From Curvularia clavata (Eukaryota): a DNA stretch of 64,000 nucleotides. Within the stretch, counting starts at the first letter, position 1. The number at the start of each line of letters is the position of its first letter. Location: contig CP089277.1 of the NCBI GenBank assembly GCA_023920165.1, positions 2,170,001 through 2,234,000 on the forward strand. The letters run 5' to 3'. This document shows positions 61,719 through 64,000 of this stretch, in pieces. The translations under genes and the position numbers were made by a program. The notes below the pieces were generated by a model, which was not told where the DNA came from, ran no database searches, and saw nothing but the letters and a program-made list of their open reading frames with translations.

Positions 61719-62309
61719 ATGACTATACTGTCGAACCTTGCCTCAAAAGTAAAAGATATTCGCCTAGTTCCTCCGACAGAAGAAGAAACATCTTCTTCCA
61801 CACAAGAAGCTCGGAGCTCAGAAGAAGCTTCATCCAAGCCCAAACGACCAATTCTCGAGATAACGTCGTATGACCGCTTCACACCCCCTTCTCCTAAACC
61901 AGACCTTGAATACGACTGCCGCATAACCAACAATCCGTCTCCTGAGATCCGCAAAACGTGCACAGGGCTCGACGCTGCTCTGCAAGATGAGCTCATGAGC
62001 CGTAGCTCCTTCAGTGCCCTAGTCGAGCGCGCTGAGCACGAGATCAGAAATCTCATGGAGGTGGAAGACGTAAGGGCTAGCAGGGCGGGCGAAACGGCTA
62101 TCGTGAGAGTAGGATGTCTGTGCGGTAGTGGACATCATCGCAGTGTAGCGTTTGCGGAGAAGCTGGGACAGGTGCGTTGGTGTGAGCAGGGGGAGTGGGA
62201 GGTTATCGTTAAACACCGGGATTTGACAAGTGGGGTAGAGGAAATGAAGAGGGTGAAGAGCGAGAAGAGTCGAGAGAAAAAGGGAAAAGCTAGTGAGAAG
62301 GGAGGTTAG
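61719..62309 (+). CDS. Stand-alone RapZ (YhbJ) C-terminal-domain-like protein
   Basis: Intronless 196-aa ORF. LEITSY, YDCR.TNNP, CTGLD, VRVGCLCGSGHHRSVAFAEKL and VKHRDL occur in the same order as bacterial RapZ CTD motifs recalled from memory (FESFG, FDVRFLPNP, MTGLD, AIGCTGGKHRSVYIAEQL, SRHRTL). Confidence 0.8.
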   Translation: MTILSNLASKVKDIRLVPPTEEETSSSTQEARSSEEASSKPKRPILEITSYDRFTPPSPKPDLEYDCRITNNPSPEIRKTCTGLDAALQDELMSRSSFSALVERAEHEIRNLMEVEDVRASRAGETAIVRVGCLCGSGHHRSVAFAEKLGQVRWCEQGEWEVIVKHRDLTSGVEEMKRVKSEKSREKKGKASEKGG

Positions 62310-62409
62310 GCGAATGTAAGGCAGGAGGAGTGCAGGGGGGACTGAAGTCAGGAGCTGTTCGTGTGGAGTTTGCTTGTGTTGGAGTTGCTGGCATGGGAAA
62401 AGTTTTTTT

Positions 62410-63102
62410 TTATCTTTGGGATAGCCAGGGGACCTGAGTTAGTTTGAACGGGTTGTATTTCTCCCCATCTGCAGCGCCACATCTCCACGCCTCAAGCCTT
62501 CCCACAAACGATCCTGGCAGCGATATCTCAGAAGCAGTATCGTCCTGTATCTCTTCTGCCGTCTTTCCTTTCTTTCGTGCTTCCTCTCGCAGTTCCTGTT
62601 TCCTCTCCTCCCGCCGCTTCCTTTTTCTCTCCTCCCGCAACTTCTTTCTCCTCTCCTCGTATTGCCTCAACTCCGACTCAGCTGCGTCTCTTGATTTCTG
62701 AGCCCATTGGCCTAGTTTTCTTATGCCACGCACTGCTGCATGCATCTTCCTTGAAGTCCCCTTGCTGTCATCAATATCTTTCGCGTGCTTCCTCGCAATC
62801 CTAACTCCATGCTCCCTCTGCCAGATGTGCCAAATATCCTCGTCCCATGACTCTCTCTTTGCTACAGCTTTGTATTGCGCCCACCAGTTTTTCATCTTGG
62901 GTGAGGTCTCATCTACGTCGTAGACGCGCCAGCCCCATGCAACGGCGTCCTTGGCTATGGCCTGGTTTCGTGCAGTGATATAGGGGTCGTTGGATGGTGG
63001 TAAGGCGATGTATTCTGCTGTTGTTGTTGGATAATGCGGGCTATGGGGATACGAGAGGTAGGCAGGTTCTTGGTAGTAGATTGGAATGGCGAGAATGATC
63101 AT
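62410..63102 (-). CDS. Hypothetical protein with a charged coiled coil
   Basis: 230-aa ORF with a Trp-rich middle and a K/R/E-rich helix (YEERRKKLREERKRKRREERKQELREEARKK). Start uncertain. Confidence 0.6.
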   Translation of the reverse strand: MIILAIPIYYQEPAYLSYPHSPHYPTTTAEYIALPPSNDPYITARNQAIAKDAVAWGWRVYDVDETSPKMKNWWAQYKAVAKRESWDEDIWHIWQREHGVRIARKHAKDIDDSKGTSRKMHAAVRGIRKLGQWAQKSRDAAESELRQYEERRKKLREERKRKRREERKQELREEARKKGKTAEEIQDDTASEISLPGSFVGRLEAWRCGAADGEKYNPFKLTQVPWLSQR

Positions 63103-64000
63103 TGCAATAAATATTATTTTCAGGGCCTGAGATATTTGCGGGATACGATGAAAGTCATTGAATCAGGCTTAATCATCCTAGTGATCAGAGATTATATGAA
63201 GAATTTATAGTATCGACAGCCTTAATTTGTATTGGTAACATGCAACAGTCAGTGCTGTAAAAATGAATTGTGTACGTCCATGCTGTTTGCTCCATTCACA
63301 CTGCTATGCTTGTTTTGATGGAGTACTACCTTCACGGCATGTCCGATTCACAGAAGTGACGATCTTGAATCATAAGCAAATGGGTTTGTTGAATGCACAG
63401 AGAGTGTGTTGCACATGACCTTCATTCGATAAATGTGAATTACATGACATAGGCGAGTAATTTTACATGTCAATACTCTACATTTTCCCGGAACTTGACT
63501 ACACCTAGGTCAATGGGAGCAGACATCTCAGCTATGACATCTCTACAAGATTAGTAGTCTATTGTTCGACATTTCGTTTTGTTTTGCGAAGACAAACAGC
63601 TTCATAAGAGATAGCAGATTGAGTGTATGTAGCTGCTTGGCGAATTGTTGATAATAGAATGATGAGCAATAGTCATCACTTATCGATGGTGTAATGTGAC
63701 TTCGCAGGAACCGAGTGACGTCTTCTTCCGGCCTTGCAACGGCGTGCTACTCATTGTCCGGTGCCCAGACGCGATTGCCGGCATAACGGGAATTATATGC
63801 AGGCTGGACAAAAGAAACATGGCTTTGCAGTAGTCCAACGAAGCGATTAGCACAGCAGCACTTCTTGATTCTGTTGCTTAGCAGATCGATCGGCTTCGGA
63901 AACTTTCGGAAAGACAACATGCAATTGTCGCTGTGCAGGAGACTTGGACATGCTCTTGAAATCGAGGTTACTGGGAGCCGACATTCGCTTCACCCTGTAT

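Overview
Eukaryotic, intron-containing DNA from a filamentous ascomycete (a Pleosporales-like Dothideomycete is my inference from gene style; it cannot be proven without a database search). The window is mostly conserved housekeeping genes: a rhomboid protease, ergothioneine biosynthesis egt1, CHO2, a peroxisomal Lon protease, a GPI-anchored GH17 glucanase, TAO3/PAG1, NADPH-P450 reductase, an RBMS/Spo5-like RRM protein, RIO2, RPN1 and eIF2B-alpha. It also holds several small hypothetical genes and decayed ORFs near both ends. Exon boundaries were read by hand from GT...branchpoint...AG signals plus reading-frame continuity. The most notable unexplained features are: (1) a dispersed, degenerate ~68-bp tandem repeat with a palindromic core at three intergenic loci; (2) an intronless stand-alone protein resembling the bacterial RapZ C-terminal domain, with a CX5R loop; (3) an unusually long egt1 intron that can fold into an extended hairpin containing a cUUCGg motif; (4) a frameshifted pseudogene with two readable lesions. 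I recognised no tRNA, rRNA, intact transposon or CRISPR array.
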